Part shown: positions 18,024 to 28,237 of the stretch, piece by piece | How positions within the stretch are numbered: position 1 is the first letter of the stretch | Layout: the number at the start of each line of letters is the position of its first letter | Made by a program: the position numbers and the translations under genes | The notes under the pieces: model-generated | The model's input: only the letters and a program-made list of their open reading frames with translations | Database searches by the model: none | What the model was told of the DNA's origin: nothing | Assembly (NCBI GenBank): GCA_964539385.1 | Contig: CAZIJC010000003.1 | Coordinates: 1,503 to 65,502, forward strand | Direction: 5' to 3' | Origin: an uncultured Anaerolineales bacterium | GTDB taxonomy: Bacteria > Planctomycetota > Phycisphaerae > FEN-1346 | DNA length: 64,000 nt

Positions 18024-18688
18024 AGACAAAAACCAAAAAATCCGCCCCGCGCAAACGCAAGCCCAAGACCAAGGCCGCGGCCAAAGCCAAGGGCAAAAAA
18101 CAAACCGGGCCGGCCAAGGCCGAGGCCGGCGGGCGGCCGGTGGGGCATCCCCGGTCCGAAGCGCCCGGACCTACGCTTGTCAAGGGCACGGCCGCCCTGG
18201 CTCAATTGCTCGGCGTGCACCAGACCACCATCAACAGGTGGGTGGCCAAAGGGTTGCCGGTCGCCGGGGCCGACACCTTCGACGTGGCCGAGGTGCTGGC
18301 CTGGCGTGAAGGCCAGGACGGCAAGGGGGGCGGCCAGGGCGGCACCGCCGATGTCGAATTGAAACAATGGCGGGCCAGGCACCTGCAACTCAAGGTGCTA
18401 AAGGACCTCAAGAAACTCATCCCCAGGGGCGAGGCCGAAGCCATTTGGATCCAAACCATCGTCAACGTGCGCACCCGCATGATGGCCCTGCCCGACCGGG
18501 TGGTCTTGCTCGTGCCGGCCAGGCTGCGGGCCGACCTGCGCGTCGAGGTGCAGCACGAGGTTGACCGTATCCTGGGCGAATTGCAAAACGGTTTTCTTAT
18601 GCCGGAGATAGAGGAACAAGTCAATGCGTTCATCGAAACCCTTATCCCCCGCGACGAGGATGCCCATGTTGCCGGGGCGGGTGCGTAG
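18024..18688 (+). CDS. terminase small subunit (start uncertain, possibly TTG at 18024)
   Basis: Lys-rich N-terminus then HTH LLGVHQTTINRWVAKGLP typical of TerS; directly upstream of TerL. Confidence 0.55.
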
Positions 18689-20642
18689 ACTCTGGCAGCC
18701 GCCCGAGCGCATGACGGCCGCCGAGTGGGTACCGCGGTGGGTGCGTCTGCCCGCGACCGTGGCGGCGATTCCCGGCCGGTGGTCGGCCGACCTTTTCCCA
18801 TACTGCACAGGGGTGCTCGATGCCTGGTGTGACCCGTACATCGAGCAGATTGTATTGGAGTGGGGGTCACAGTTGGGCAAGACCACCCTGATCGCCTGCC
18901 TCGCGCTGTACGTGGCCGACCAGGACCCCGGCCCCATGCTCTTGGCCTCAAGCGTGCAGTCGAGCGTCAAGGAACTGGTGAGCCTGCGCCTGTATCCCAT
19001 GCTTGAGGCGTGTGACCGCACCAGGGAACTCTTGCCGCCCAAGCACCTGCAAGATGATTACCTGGTCTCCCTAACGACCATGCTCATCTACACCGGATGG
19101 TCCGGCAGCGCCACGCGGATGGGCGAGAAAAGCATCCGGTACGTGATGATGACGGAATTAGATAAGTGGGCCATCCGCACGAGTCTTGAGGCCGACCCCG
19201 AACATCTGGCCGGCGAGCGCCGCAAGGCGTTTCCCAACTTCAAGATACTCAAAGAGTCCACGCCGACCATTGAGGGCCTGTCACGCATTCACTCGGCCTA
19301 CCAGGCCAGCGACCGGCGCCGCTTCCACGTGCCATGTTCCAAATGCGGCGCCTATCAGGTACTGGACCGGGCCAACGTATGGTGGCCCCACACCCAGGAG
19401 GGCAAGAGCGTGGCGCCCGCCGAGGTGCGCGACGTGGCCCTTTACGTCTGCCCCCATTGCAACGGGCGCCTTGAGGACTATCAGAAACCCCGCCAATTGC
19501 GCGCGGGCCTCTGGCTCCCCGAAGGCGTGACGGCCACCGTGATCCGCCACCGGAAAAAGGCGCGGCGGCGCGACGTGGTTTGGGGCCGCCCGCCCAAGTG
19601 GCCGGCCAGGCCGTGGCTCACCAAAGGCGTCAAGTGGAAATGGGACCTCTTTGAGTACCGGCTGGCCGGCGAGCCGGCCAAGACCACGCGCACGGCCGGC
19701 TACCACCTCGGCAGCCTCTACTCGCCGCTACTGACCTATGGCCATTATGCAGAAAAGTGGCTTGACTCCCAGGACGACCCGGCGGCCTTGCAGAACTTTA
19801 TCAACGGGTGGGATGCCAAGCCCTGGCGGCTGTCGGTCTCGATGCCAGCGGCCGAGGAACTGGGCGAGCAACTCAAGACCGGCCACGAACCGGGCACAGT
19901 GCCCAAGGGGGCCGTGATGTTGACCGCCGGCGTGGACCCCGCCGAGCATGTGATAAACTACGTCGTGCGCGCCTGGGCCAAGGATGGCACCAGTTGGCTC
20001 ATCGAGCACGGTGTGGTCGAATGGTCCAGAGACCTGCATACCGTCTACAACGCCATCATCGAACCGGCGTGGACGGTCGAGGGCGGCGGCACGATGGCCG
20101 TCCATTGCTGCGGCATCGACACCGGGTGGCAAGCCGGCGTGTGCTATGAGTTTTGCGTCCGGCAGGGCGATCGGGTGCGCGGTCTCAAGGGCCATGGGAC
20201 GGTCGGCAGCGTGTGGAAACCCCTGCGCGTGGACGTGAATCCGGAAAGCGGCAAGGTCTACAAGCGCGGTCTGGTGGTGTGGGTGATTGATTCGGGATAT
20301 TGGAAAGACCAGATACATCATCGCTGGGGTCTCGACTCCGAAAGCCCAGGCAGTTGGAACCTGCACGCCGAACCGAGCCGGCCGTACCTTCGACAGTTGG
20401 TGGCCGAGGTCAAGAGCAAGGTGACCGACAGGACCGGCCACGAAAAATTGCAATGGGTGGTGGTGGACCGCGGGGCCGGCTCGCACTATCTCGACGCCGA
20501 GGTCTACGCCATGGCCGTAGCCTACATGAAAGGGATTGGCCGCGTGGCCAGGACCCGGCGCCGGCCCGGCCGGGGCAAGGGCGGGGCGGCCCATACGATG
20601 CGCCGGTTGCGGATGCACCGGGGGCATGGACGGAAAGGGTGA
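18664..20642 (+). CDS. terminase large subunit (GpA family)
   Basis: Lambda GpA-like N-terminus (EWVPRW, LEWGSQLGKTTL Walker A), 660 aa. Confidence 0.85.
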
Positions 20643-20646
20643 GCGA

Positions 20647-20859
20647 ATGGTCAAGGTTTCTCCACGTGACGATGACAAGGCCAAGACCCGGCCGTGGATG
20701 GTCTGCCCGGAATGCGGCAGCACCGACACCGAGGTCTACAGCAGCGGCCCCAAGTGTTGGGGCCGGCGGGACGGGCAGCCGTTCCGGTACCGCCTGCAAT
20801 ACCGCCGGTGCCTGGTGCTCAAGTGCCGCGCCCGGTTCAAGGCGGTCATGCCCCTTTGA
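20647..20859 (+). CDS. small zinc-ribbon protein
   Basis: CPECGSTD...CWGRRDG...C...C; 70 aa between terminase and portal. Confidence 0.4.
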   Translation: MVKVSPRDDDKAKTRPWMVCPECGSTDTEVYSSGPKCWGRRDGQPFRYRLQYRRCLVLKCRARFKAVMPL

Positions 20860-21067
20860 TCCGCCTGCCGGCCGGCCGGAAATGGCGCCTGCGGGCCGCG
20901 CGCCGGCAAATCCGGCCTGGGATAGCCGCGCTACCGCCGCGAGGCGCCATGGCCCGCCTGGCGGCCCCCAGGGGGCAATAGACGGGAGTTGCAGGAGAAA
21001 AAGATTGTTACCAAATTGGTAATCATCCTCTTGCGGCCATGCCCGCCATCGGCTTTATCCTGAATGA

Positions 21068-21331
21068 ATGGCCACCGTAGATGACATCGAGACCCTCGCG
21101 GATGCGTGCTCGACCGCCCTGGCCGCCGGCGACTACGCCACGGCCAAACTCAAGTGGACACAACTTTCTGTGATGATAGGCGCAAAGCCGGACGTGACCA
21201 CCCCCGAATTGTCCACCCGGTGGGACCGCGCCGCGCTCGATGGCCTGGGAAAGCAAATCGCCGCGCTTGAACAAGAGACGGGACGGCGCCGGCGGCGGGT
21301 GTTGGCCGGTTTTCGCAACCGGGGCAGATAA
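21068..21331 (+). CDS. small head-tail joining (gpW-like position) protein, hypothetical
   Basis: 87-aa gene between terminase and portal; TAATG overlap with portal. Confidence 0.35.
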   Translation: MATVDDIETLADACSTALAAGDYATAKLKWTQLSVMIGAKPDVTTPELSTRWDRAALDGLGKQIAALEQETGRRRRRVLAGFRNRGR

Positions 21332-22887
21332 TGCCAAGGCCGAGTGATGGGAGTCTGGGCAATCTTCACGTGCAGTTGCGTCGCGCTTCTGAGCGCACGG
21401 TGCTCGACCGTGCCATCGGCTTCGTCTCCCCGCGCGCCGAACTCGCCCGCCTCAAGGGCCGCGTCAGCCGTACCATGCTCGGATTCCGGGCGGCCAACAT
21501 CAGCCGCCTGCGCCGCCGCCGCGACCGGACCAGCGGGTCGGCCGACCGGCATCTTACGCACGCCCAACTTCACGTGTTGCGCGAGAACGCGCGCGAGTTG
21601 GACCGCGACAATTGCATCGCCGGCGGTCTGCTCAATCGCATGGTCGATAACATCGTCGGCGAGGGCGGGCGCTTTGAGGCCCTTACCGATGACGAGCAAT
21701 GGAACACGCGGGCCGAGGGCCTGTTTGACGAGTGGGCCTTTGATGCCGACACGGTGGACGTTGCCGGGCGGTTTGCCTTTTGGGAAATGTCCCGGTCCGC
21801 GCTCCGGGCCGTGCTGGTGGACGGTGACCATCTCATGCTCAAGATTCGCAACGGCACCTTGCAGCAAGTCGAAGGTCACCAGTTGGGCACGCCGACCCGG
21901 CGCAGCATCCCGGCCGGCACGCCGTCGGGCACGCGCATCATCCACGGCGTCGAGATTACCAAAACCAACAAGCCGGTGGCCTACCATTTCGGGCCGAGCC
22001 ACCGCGGCATCGAGCATATCTTCAAGACCACCCGCGTCGAGGCCAGCAAACTCTTTTGGCTCTGGAACTGGAAACGGTGCAGCCAGACGCGCGGACAGTC
22101 GAGCCTGGCCGACACCGATATTTACTTCGAGCACCTTGACCGATATATCGAGTTTGCGATTGTGGCATCCCAGGTTGCGAGCGCCCACGTCATCGGCGTC
22201 GAAACCGAATATGGCGAAGCGTCGGGCGAGCCGGAAGGCACCACGGAACTCGATGAGTTGGGTAACGAGCAATTTGTTGAGGAGAACCAAGCGGGCACCA
22301 TGCTCTACATGGAGCCGGGGGAGAAAGTCAAGCCTCTCACGCCCGCCCACCCGATGCCGGAGTTTGAGCCTTTCTTGCGGGCCTTCGGCCGCATCATCGG
22401 CCTGCCCTATGGCCTGCCGATCGAGGTGGTCCTGCTCGACTGGTCGCAGGGCAACTACGCCAGCGCCCGCGGGGCCATGCAGCAGGCCAAAAAAGCCTGG
22501 CGAAACTGGCAGAAATACATCTACACCCACCTTATGTGGCCGGTATGGGTTTGGAAGATTCGCCAGTTTATCGCCGAGGGAAAACTGGCCAACCGTGATG
22601 ACCACGCCAAGATGCTGTGGGTGGGGCCTGGGTGGGATTGGATTGACGTTTACAAAGAGGTCGTGGCCGCCGAACGGGGTATCGGGTGCGGCATCGAAAG
22701 CCGGGCCAGGGTGCTCATGCAGCGCGGCCTGGACCTGGGGAACCTCATGCGCGAGCGGGCCAAGGCCATCGTGATGGCCAAGGCCATCGCCAAGGAGTTT
22801 GAGATTGAGAATTACAAAGACGTGCTCGGCAAGGTGAAAAAGCCGGCCGGCCGCGCGACGAAGCGCGGCGGTACGCAAGGGGAGTGA
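21331..22887 (+). CDS. portal protein, lambda (gpB) family
   Basis: Collinear similarity to lambda gpB including GNYASARGAMQQAKKAW and WVGPGWDWID blocks. Confidence 0.85.
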   Translation: MPRPSDGSLGNLHVQLRRASERTVLDRAIGFVSPRAELARLKGRVSRTMLGFRAANISRLRRRRDRTSGSADRHLTHAQLHVLRENARELDRDNCIAGGLLNRMVDNIVGEGGRFEALTDDEQWNTRAEGLFDEWAFDADTVDVAGRFAFWEMSRSALRAVLVDGDHLMLKIRNGTLQQVEGHQLGTPTRRSIPAGTPSGTRIIHGVEITKTNKPVAYHFGPSHRGIEHIFKTTRVEASKLFWLWNWKRCSQTRGQSSLADTDIYFEHLDRYIEFAIVASQVASAHVIGVETEYGEASGEPEGTTELDELGNEQFVEENQAGTMLYMEPGEKVKPLTPAHPMPEFEPFLRAFGRIIGLPYGLPIEVVLLDWSQGNYASARGAMQQAKKAWRNWQKYIYTHLMWPVWVWKIRQFIAEGKLANRDDHAKMLWVGPGWDWIDVYKEVVAAERGIGCGIESRARVLMQRGLDLGNLMRERAKAIVMAKAIAKEFEIENYKDVLGKVKKPAGRATKRGGTQGE

Positions 22888-22889
22888 CC

Positions 22890-24497
22890 ATGCCGTTTGT
22901 CAACTACCACAACTGCCGGCTGAAAGACCCCGGCAAGTTCAAGGACGGCAAAGACAATTGGGCCACGGTCGGGCGAAAATCGGCCAGCAAGGGGGGCCGC
23001 GCTTACCTGGCGGTCCGGGGCGTGCTCAAGGCCACGGGCAAGTGGGCCGACCAGGCCCTGCGCTATGCCAAGGGCAGGTGGCCCAAGGCCGTGGCCCAAA
23101 GCCATTGCAAGGCCCACAAGGGGATACTCTTTGAGCCGGCCAAGGGTACCAGCGCGCCGGCCGATCCCGATGACGTGGCCGAGGTCCTGGCGGTCGGATG
23201 GTATGGGCCGACAGACGTAAGCGCGGCCGAGCCGTGCCCGACCGGCATGGACGATGAGGCCATCGACGCCCACGACCTGGGCGTCGGCCTTGAGGATGGT
23301 GCCACCCCGGCCATCGGCCAGGTCGCCGCGGGGGGCACGGTGGAATTGCCGACCGAAGCGCTGTGCCTGGCGGCCGGCGAGGAGTCAATCGAACTGGCTG
23401 CCGATGACGGCGACGGCGGCAGCACACAGTTCAAGATGGTGGCCTACAGCGGCCACCCCATTGTGGGGCACTGGTATTACGGCACCCTGGTCCTGGACTG
23501 TGCCGGCATGGTCTTTGACGGCGCCAAGATGGCCGTGCTGCGCGAGCACGAGCGCGACCGCATCGTCGGCCTGGCCCCCACCAAGGATATTGAGCATAAC
23601 ACCGCGCTGGTGGTTTCCGGGAAGGTGCTCGACACCGGGGATGGCCGCGAGGTCGTGAGCCTGTCGAAGCAAGGTTTTCCGTGGCAGGCCAGCATGTATT
23701 TCCGGCCCCTGGGTGACGTGACCCAGTTGGCCAAGGGCGAGACCATGACGGTCAACGGCCACCCGGTACGGGGACCGGCGTATGTATTCACCAAGACCCG
23801 GATACGCGAGGTGAGTTTCTGCACGCTGGGTGCAGACCATAGGACCCGCGCACGCGCGTGGGCCGCTGCCGATGATGGCCCGGCGGCCATCACCGTCCAA
23901 TCGAGCAAACCTGATGAGGAGCATGAGCCCATGGCAGAAACACCAACCCCAGGCGCCGAAGCGCCCCCGGCCGCAGACCTGTCGAAAGTCACGGCCGAGC
24001 AATTGCGGAGTGCCAACCCGGACCTGGCCGCGGAACTGGCCAAGGCGCCGGCGGGCACCGTCGAGGAACTGAAAGCGGCCATGCCCGATGCGCCGGCCGA
24101 CTTTCTCTTGGAGCAAGTCCAGGCCGGGGCCAGCGTGGCCGACGCCCGCGGGAACTGGGCGAATAAGGTGCTCAAGGAAAAGGCCGCGGCGGCCGAGGCC
24201 GATGCCACGACCACCGCGCCGGTCGAGACGGCCGGCGACGGGACGGGCGCCGAGGACGTGCCCAAGACGTTTCGCCAGGCCGTGGCCGTGGTCCAAAAAG
24301 AGCGGGCCGAGGAAGGGCGGCCGGTGAGCCGGTCCAAGGCCATGAGCCTGGTGGACGGGCGGTGGCCCGACTTGCGCAAGAAGATGGTGGCCGCGGCCAA
24401 TCCCACCAAGACGGCTGCCGTGGACGGCCACTTTGCCGCGGCCGAGGCCAGCGAATTGCCGCACGCCCGCAAGGCCGCCAACACACCGGGCGGTTAA
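22890..24497 (+). CDS. prohead protease (HK97/S78-like) fused to Ala/Glu-rich scaffold-like C-terminal region
   Basis: Central GHPI..GTLVLDCAGMVFDGAKMAVLREHE..IVGLAP..VVSGKVLDT..LSKQG..ASMYF resembles S78 proteases; C-terminal third low-complexity A/E/K. Confidence 0.6.
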   Translation: MPFVNYHNCRLKDPGKFKDGKDNWATVGRKSASKGGRAYLAVRGVLKATGKWADQALRYAKGRWPKAVAQSHCKAHKGILFEPAKGTSAPADPDDVAEVLAVGWYGPTDVSAAEPCPTGMDDEAIDAHDLGVGLEDGATPAIGQVAAGGTVELPTEALCLAAGEESIELAADDGDGGSTQFKMVAYSGHPIVGHWYYGTLVLDCAGMVFDGAKMAVLREHERDRIVGLAPTKDIEHNTALVVSGKVLDTGDGREVVSLSKQGFPWQASMYFRPLGDVTQLAKGETMTVNGHPVRGPAYVFTKTRIREVSFCTLGADHRTRARAWAAADDGPAAITVQSSKPDEEHEPMAETPTPGAEAPPAADLSKVTAEQLRSANPDLAAELAKAPAGTVEELKAAMPDAPADFLLEQVQAGASVADARGNWANKVLKEKAAAAEADATTTAPVETAGDGTGAEDVPKTFRQAVAVVQKERAEEGRPVSRSKAMSLVDGRWPDLRKKMVAAANPTKTAAVDGHFAAAEASELPHARKAANTPGG

Positions 24498-24559
24498 TGG
24501 CCGGCCGCCGATTGTAGAGGGGTTGACCGGGTGAGGGGTAAAATCGAAAGGTACTGGCC

Positions 24560-25069
24560 ATGAGCACCCAATCGCACTCAGCCGCGGCTAAAGCCAAAGC
24601 CAAGGCCGACGCCGAAGCCAAGAGGGCGGCCGACGCCGACGCCGATGCCGAAGCCAAGAGGGTAGCCGAAGCCGAAGCGGACGTCGAAGCCGAAGCGGAC
24701 GCCGAAGCCAAGAGGGCGGCCGACGCCGAAGCGGACGCCGATAGAGACGAACATGCCGGGGCCGACGGGAAGCGCAGGTCGGACGATGTACCGGGGACCA
24801 CACGCGAGCCTGATGCCCCCAAGCCGGGGAGTGACGCCCCCCGGCCGGGGGCCGAGCGTGGTCAACCTGCCACCGGGGTTGCCGCCGCGACCGCCGCGGC
24901 CGGCCAACCCGCGACGTTGGAGGAGGCCGTTGAAAGCCACCTCAAACGTCACCCGACCTGCCACCGTTGGCTTGCCGTGGACATCTGCCGCCAGGCTTAC
25001 CCGGAACTCGCCGGCCTGCCGCCCACGCGGTTAAGCCGGCAGCGCGCCAAGCAACGGCAAGGCGGGTAG
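24560..25069 (+). CDS. Ala/Asp/Glu-repeat protein (scaffold-like), hypothetical
   Basis: Tandem (ADAEAKRAAD)-like repeats encoded by DNA tandem repeat 24590-24750. Confidence 0.45.
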   Translation: MSTQSHSAAAKAKAKADAEAKRAADADADAEAKRVAEAEADVEAEADAEAKRAADAEADADRDEHAGADGKRRSDDVPGTTREPDAPKPGSDAPRPGAERGQPATGVAAATAAAGQPATLEEAVESHLKRHPTCHRWLAVDICRQAYPELAGLPPTRLSRQRAKQRQGG

Positions 25070-25156
25070 CCGCCAAATGAGGGAGACGTGAGCGACGTGG
25101 CTGGCCGGCCACGTGATGCCGGCCAAGCATGAACCCAAACACAGGGAGTTACGCAA

Positions 25157-25555
25157 ATGGCTCGACAAATCGAAAACGGGCACGTGACCTTGCAGGTCAA
25201 TGCCACGGTGGCCGTGACGCGGTTCGCCCTGGTCAAACTGACCAGCGGCCTCATCGTCCTTAACACGGTGACCGAGACCGACGTGCCGGTCGGCGTCGTG
25301 CAGAACGCGGGCGCCGTCAACACCCGCCAGGACGTGCGATTGCTGTCCGATCCTGGGACGTTCAAGATGGTCGCGTCCGGCGTCATCGCCCTCGGCGCCG
25401 ACGTTTACGCCGCGGCCATCGGAAAAATCTCTGCGCTGCCGGTCGGCGCCGGCGATTACCGGCGCGTCGGCCAAGCCCTTGAGGCCGCCGCCGCCGACGA
25501 AGACATCATCGAGGTGCTGCCGTCCCATGACCATCACATCGAGACCGTGACCTGA
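25157..25555 (+). CDS. head decoration protein (gpD-like position, DUF2190-like)
   Basis: 132-aa gene between protease and major capsid, strong RBS AGGGAG. Confidence 0.5.
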   Translation: MARQIENGHVTLQVNATVAVTRFALVKLTSGLIVLNTVTETDVPVGVVQNAGAVNTRQDVRLLSDPGTFKMVASGVIALGADVYAAAIGKISALPVGAGDYRRVGQALEAAAADEDIIEVLPSHDHHIETVT

Positions 25556-25664
25556 TAGACGGTCACGAGTCTCGCAAGGGTTGTAACCGCCCGGTCGGGG
25601 CGTCTCGGCCTGGGAGACAAAACGACGGCGTGGCCGTTGCCACGCGCGGAAAGGAGTAAGTGCC

Positions 25665-26642
25665 ATGGCCGTTAGCGCAGCCGCTACCCTGCAACGCCCG
25701 GACCTGGGCGTTACCATCGAGGAATACCGGCTTGAGGCGCTCAGCCGGTCCCTCATCGCCGACCAGGCGCTGCCGCTGTTTGAGGTGGCCCTGCAATCCG
25801 CCGAGTTCGGCGTGATCCCGGTCGAGACTGGCCTGCGCGTCCCCGACACCAACCGGGCGCCCGGCGCCGCGTACCCGCGCGGTGACTGGCAGTTTGAGAC
25901 CGACTACTATGCTTGCTCCGAGCATGGTTGGGAGGAGGTGGTTGACGACAGCCGCGCCGCCATCTACCGGCGTTTCTTCGACGCCGAGCAAGCGACCGCG
26001 AGAAAGGCGGCCAAGGTCTTTTACACGGCCCGCGAGTACCGGGCCTCGGCCTTGCTGTTCAACACGACCACCTGGTCGGTGGCGGACACCGAAAAGCAGA
26101 CGGTTAGCGTGGAGTGGGACACGTCGGCCACCGCCGTGCCGCGCGCCGAGATTCTCAAGGCCCGCAAGCAAATCCATGCGGTGACCGGCCTCGAACCGAA
26201 CGCGCTCATCGTGACGTGGAGCACCTACCATGACTTGCTCAACTGCGCGAGCATTCTCGACGCCCTGAAATACACCGCGCCGCTTGAGGTCAGCCCGGAA
26301 GTTGCGCGGCGCCGCATCCTGGCCACCGTGCTCGGCGTTGATCGGATTCTGGTCGGGGGTGCCATCTACAACAGCGCTCTCGAGGGCGCCACGCCAACGC
26401 TCGTGCCCGTGTGGGACGACGAGTACGCCATGCTGGCCTGCGTCTGCGAGGAAAACGCGGACCTCGAAATCCCCGCCGTCGGGCGCACGTTCCTCTTTAC
26501 CGGCGACTCCCCCGACCTGGTGGTCGTGGAAAGTTACCGCCTTGAGGAAAGGCGCAGCGACGTGATCCGCCTGCGGCAGCACGTGCACGAGAAAGTGCTC
26601 CGCAAAGACGTGGCCATCCTGTTTGACAACATCACCACCTGA
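25665..26642 (+). CDS. major capsid protein (lambda gpE / phage major capsid protein E family)
   Basis: 325 aa, follows decoration gene, RBS AAAGGAG; characteristic length and position. Confidence 0.8.
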   Translation: MAVSAAATLQRPDLGVTIEEYRLEALSRSLIADQALPLFEVALQSAEFGVIPVETGLRVPDTNRAPGAAYPRGDWQFETDYYACSEHGWEEVVDDSRAAIYRRFFDAEQATARKAAKVFYTAREYRASALLFNTTTWSVADTEKQTVSVEWDTSATAVPRAEILKARKQIHAVTGLEPNALIVTWSTYHDLLNCASILDALKYTAPLEVSPEVARRRILATVLGVDRILVGGAIYNSALEGATPTLVPVWDDEYAMLACVCEENADLEIPAVGRTFLFTGDSPDLVVVESYRLEERRSDVIRLRQHVHEKVLRKDVAILFDNITT

Positions 26643-26715
26643 GTCATCTTCCGCGCAATCCACCGGCGCCGGGCCGGCCGGCCGGCCCGGCGCCCGAGCC
26701 CGTCGGGGGCCGCCA

Positions 26716-27066
26716 ATGGGAGCACCACGTCGTGCCGACCCGAATGGCTGTGGGGGCAAGCACCTGAAACTGGTGCTGGCCCTGGGCCTGCCCGTGATGG
26801 CCCTGGTGCTGGCCATCAGCGCGTGGGTGCACACCGGCGCCGCCTCGGCCCTGGCCACCCATCAAAAGGCCCAGGCCGCCGCGGCCGCGGTTTCCGAGAC
26901 CCGGCTGCGGTCCCTTGAGGGTGACCGGGCGAGCCTGGTGACCGCCACCGATAACCTGCGCAGGGAACTCGAGCGCGCCCGCCAGGACGTCCGGCAGGCC
27001 ATGGCCGACCTCAAGCGCGAAATCGACCGGCTGCAACCGCGGCCACCGACGGCCGCGGACAACTGA
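26716..27066 (+). CDS. membrane-anchored coiled-coil protein, hypothetical
   Basis: TM helix LVLALGLPVMALVLAISAWV then coiled coil; start uncertain. Confidence 0.35.
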   Translation: MGAPRRADPNGCGGKHLKLVLALGLPVMALVLAISAWVHTGAASALATHQKAQAAAAAVSETRLRSLEGDRASLVTATDNLRRELERARQDVRQAMADLKREIDRLQPRPPTAADN

Positions 27067-27079
27067 AAGGGTTTCATTC

Positions 27080-27601
27080 ATGCGGTATTTTGCCATTGCG
27101 ATTTGTCTTGCCCTGGCCGTCCTGGCTGGCTGCGCCAATCCCGCCATCGAGCAAGCCGAACGCCTGCAACTGGCGGGCCTGGAGCAATACCGGGCCGAAA
27201 TGCAAACATATCACACCAAGAGCCTGGCCACCATCCGCGCGCTCAATCTTGAAAAACTGGACGCCGCTTTCACCGATTCCGTGCGCCTGGCCGCCGTCCC
27301 CCCACCCGATCCCGCCGCCGAGGGCGCCGAGCCGATGGTCCCCCTGTCGGCCGTCTTTGAGAAAGTCGCCAAGGTCGCTGCGCTGCGCGCCGACCTTGAG
27401 ATCAAACTGACCACGCTCGACACCCAATTTGCCGAGCGTGATGCCCTGGCCGCCCGCCTGATCCGGATAGGCCAGGGCAAACTCGACCTCATCACCGCCT
27501 ACACCCGGCTGGCCGCGGCGTGGCGTGCGCTGTGGACCCGCGAGCCGGAGTTTGCCGATTTGTCCGCCGATGCCAGAAAGGTGCTCGAAGATGGCCAGTG
27601 A
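27080..27601 (+). CDS. hypothetical lipoprotein
   Basis: MRYFAIAICLALAVLAGC lipobox. Confidence 0.5.
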   Translation: MRYFAIAICLALAVLAGCANPAIEQAERLQLAGLEQYRAEMQTYHTKSLATIRALNLEKLDAAFTDSVRLAAVPPPDPAAEGAEPMVPLSAVFEKVAKVAALRADLEIKLTTLDTQFAERDALAARLIRIGQGKLDLITAYTRLAAAWRALWTREPEFADLSADARKVLEDGQ

Positions 27602-27857
27602 AGCCGACCTTACCGCCGCCGCCGCCAACTTCATGCGCGAGGCCGCCCGCTACAGCGCGGCCGCCAGGGACCCGGAGGACCCGCTTGACGGGGTATCGTT
27701 CAGGGTCCCCGACCTGGGGGGCCTTGACCCGGTGGTCACCGACGAGGACGCCAGCGCCGTCATCGCGCGGATGGGCGCTGCCAAGGCGCCGGCCGAAGCC
27801 ATCCCGGCCCTGGTGACCATGGCCCGCAGCCTGGCCACGTTCTTTGGCCTGGCGTGA
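27591..27857 (+). CDS. hypothetical phage protein
   Basis: ATG MASEADL overlapping previous gene end. Confidence 0.35.
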   Translation: MASEADLTAAAANFMREAARYSAAARDPEDPLDGVSFRVPDLGGLDPVVTDEDASAVIARMGAAKAPAEAIPALVTMARSLATFFGLA

Positions 27858-27927
27858 TCCCAGGGTCTCGGGCCAGGTGAAACCAACACAGGGGGCGAGA
27901 TAACCGCCAATCGAAAGGAGCGCACAA

Positions 27928-28140
27928 GTGTGTAACATCTTCACCAGTAAAAAGAGCGTCATGGCCTTGCTGGCCGTGGCCATGGTTTTTGCCCTGGGCA
28001 TCGTGGTGTTGGTCACCCACGTCGAATCCTTCGACCAGGCCAAAGAGGTGATGTTCTACCTGGTCGCAAGCATCACCGGCATCGCGGTGGGGCATAACGT
28101 CAGCCAGGGAATCGCCGACCACGGCAAGCCGGCCGAATGA
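27928..28140 (+). CDS. small two-TM membrane protein (holin-like)
   Basis: GTG start 8 nt after AAAGGAG; two hydrophobic helices; 70 aa. Confidence 0.4.
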   Translation: MCNIFTSKKSVMALLAVAMVFALGIVVLVTHVESFDQAKEVMFYLVASITGIAVGHNVSQGIADHGKPAE

Positions 28141-28237
28141 CCTGGCCGACGCCCTGTAAGGAATGACCCGTTTGACCAGCGGGGGTCGGCACGGGCCGCC
28201 CCGTGTCGGCCCCCATGTTTCAAGATAGGGGCAAAAC

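Noticed and set aside
24590-24750. Tandem DNA repeats here and at 55665-55745 as possible CRISPR arrays
   Set aside because: Short (15-30 bp) contiguous in-frame repeats without spacers, lying inside ORFs (Ala/Asp/Glu and KAPKP protein repeats); no cas genes.
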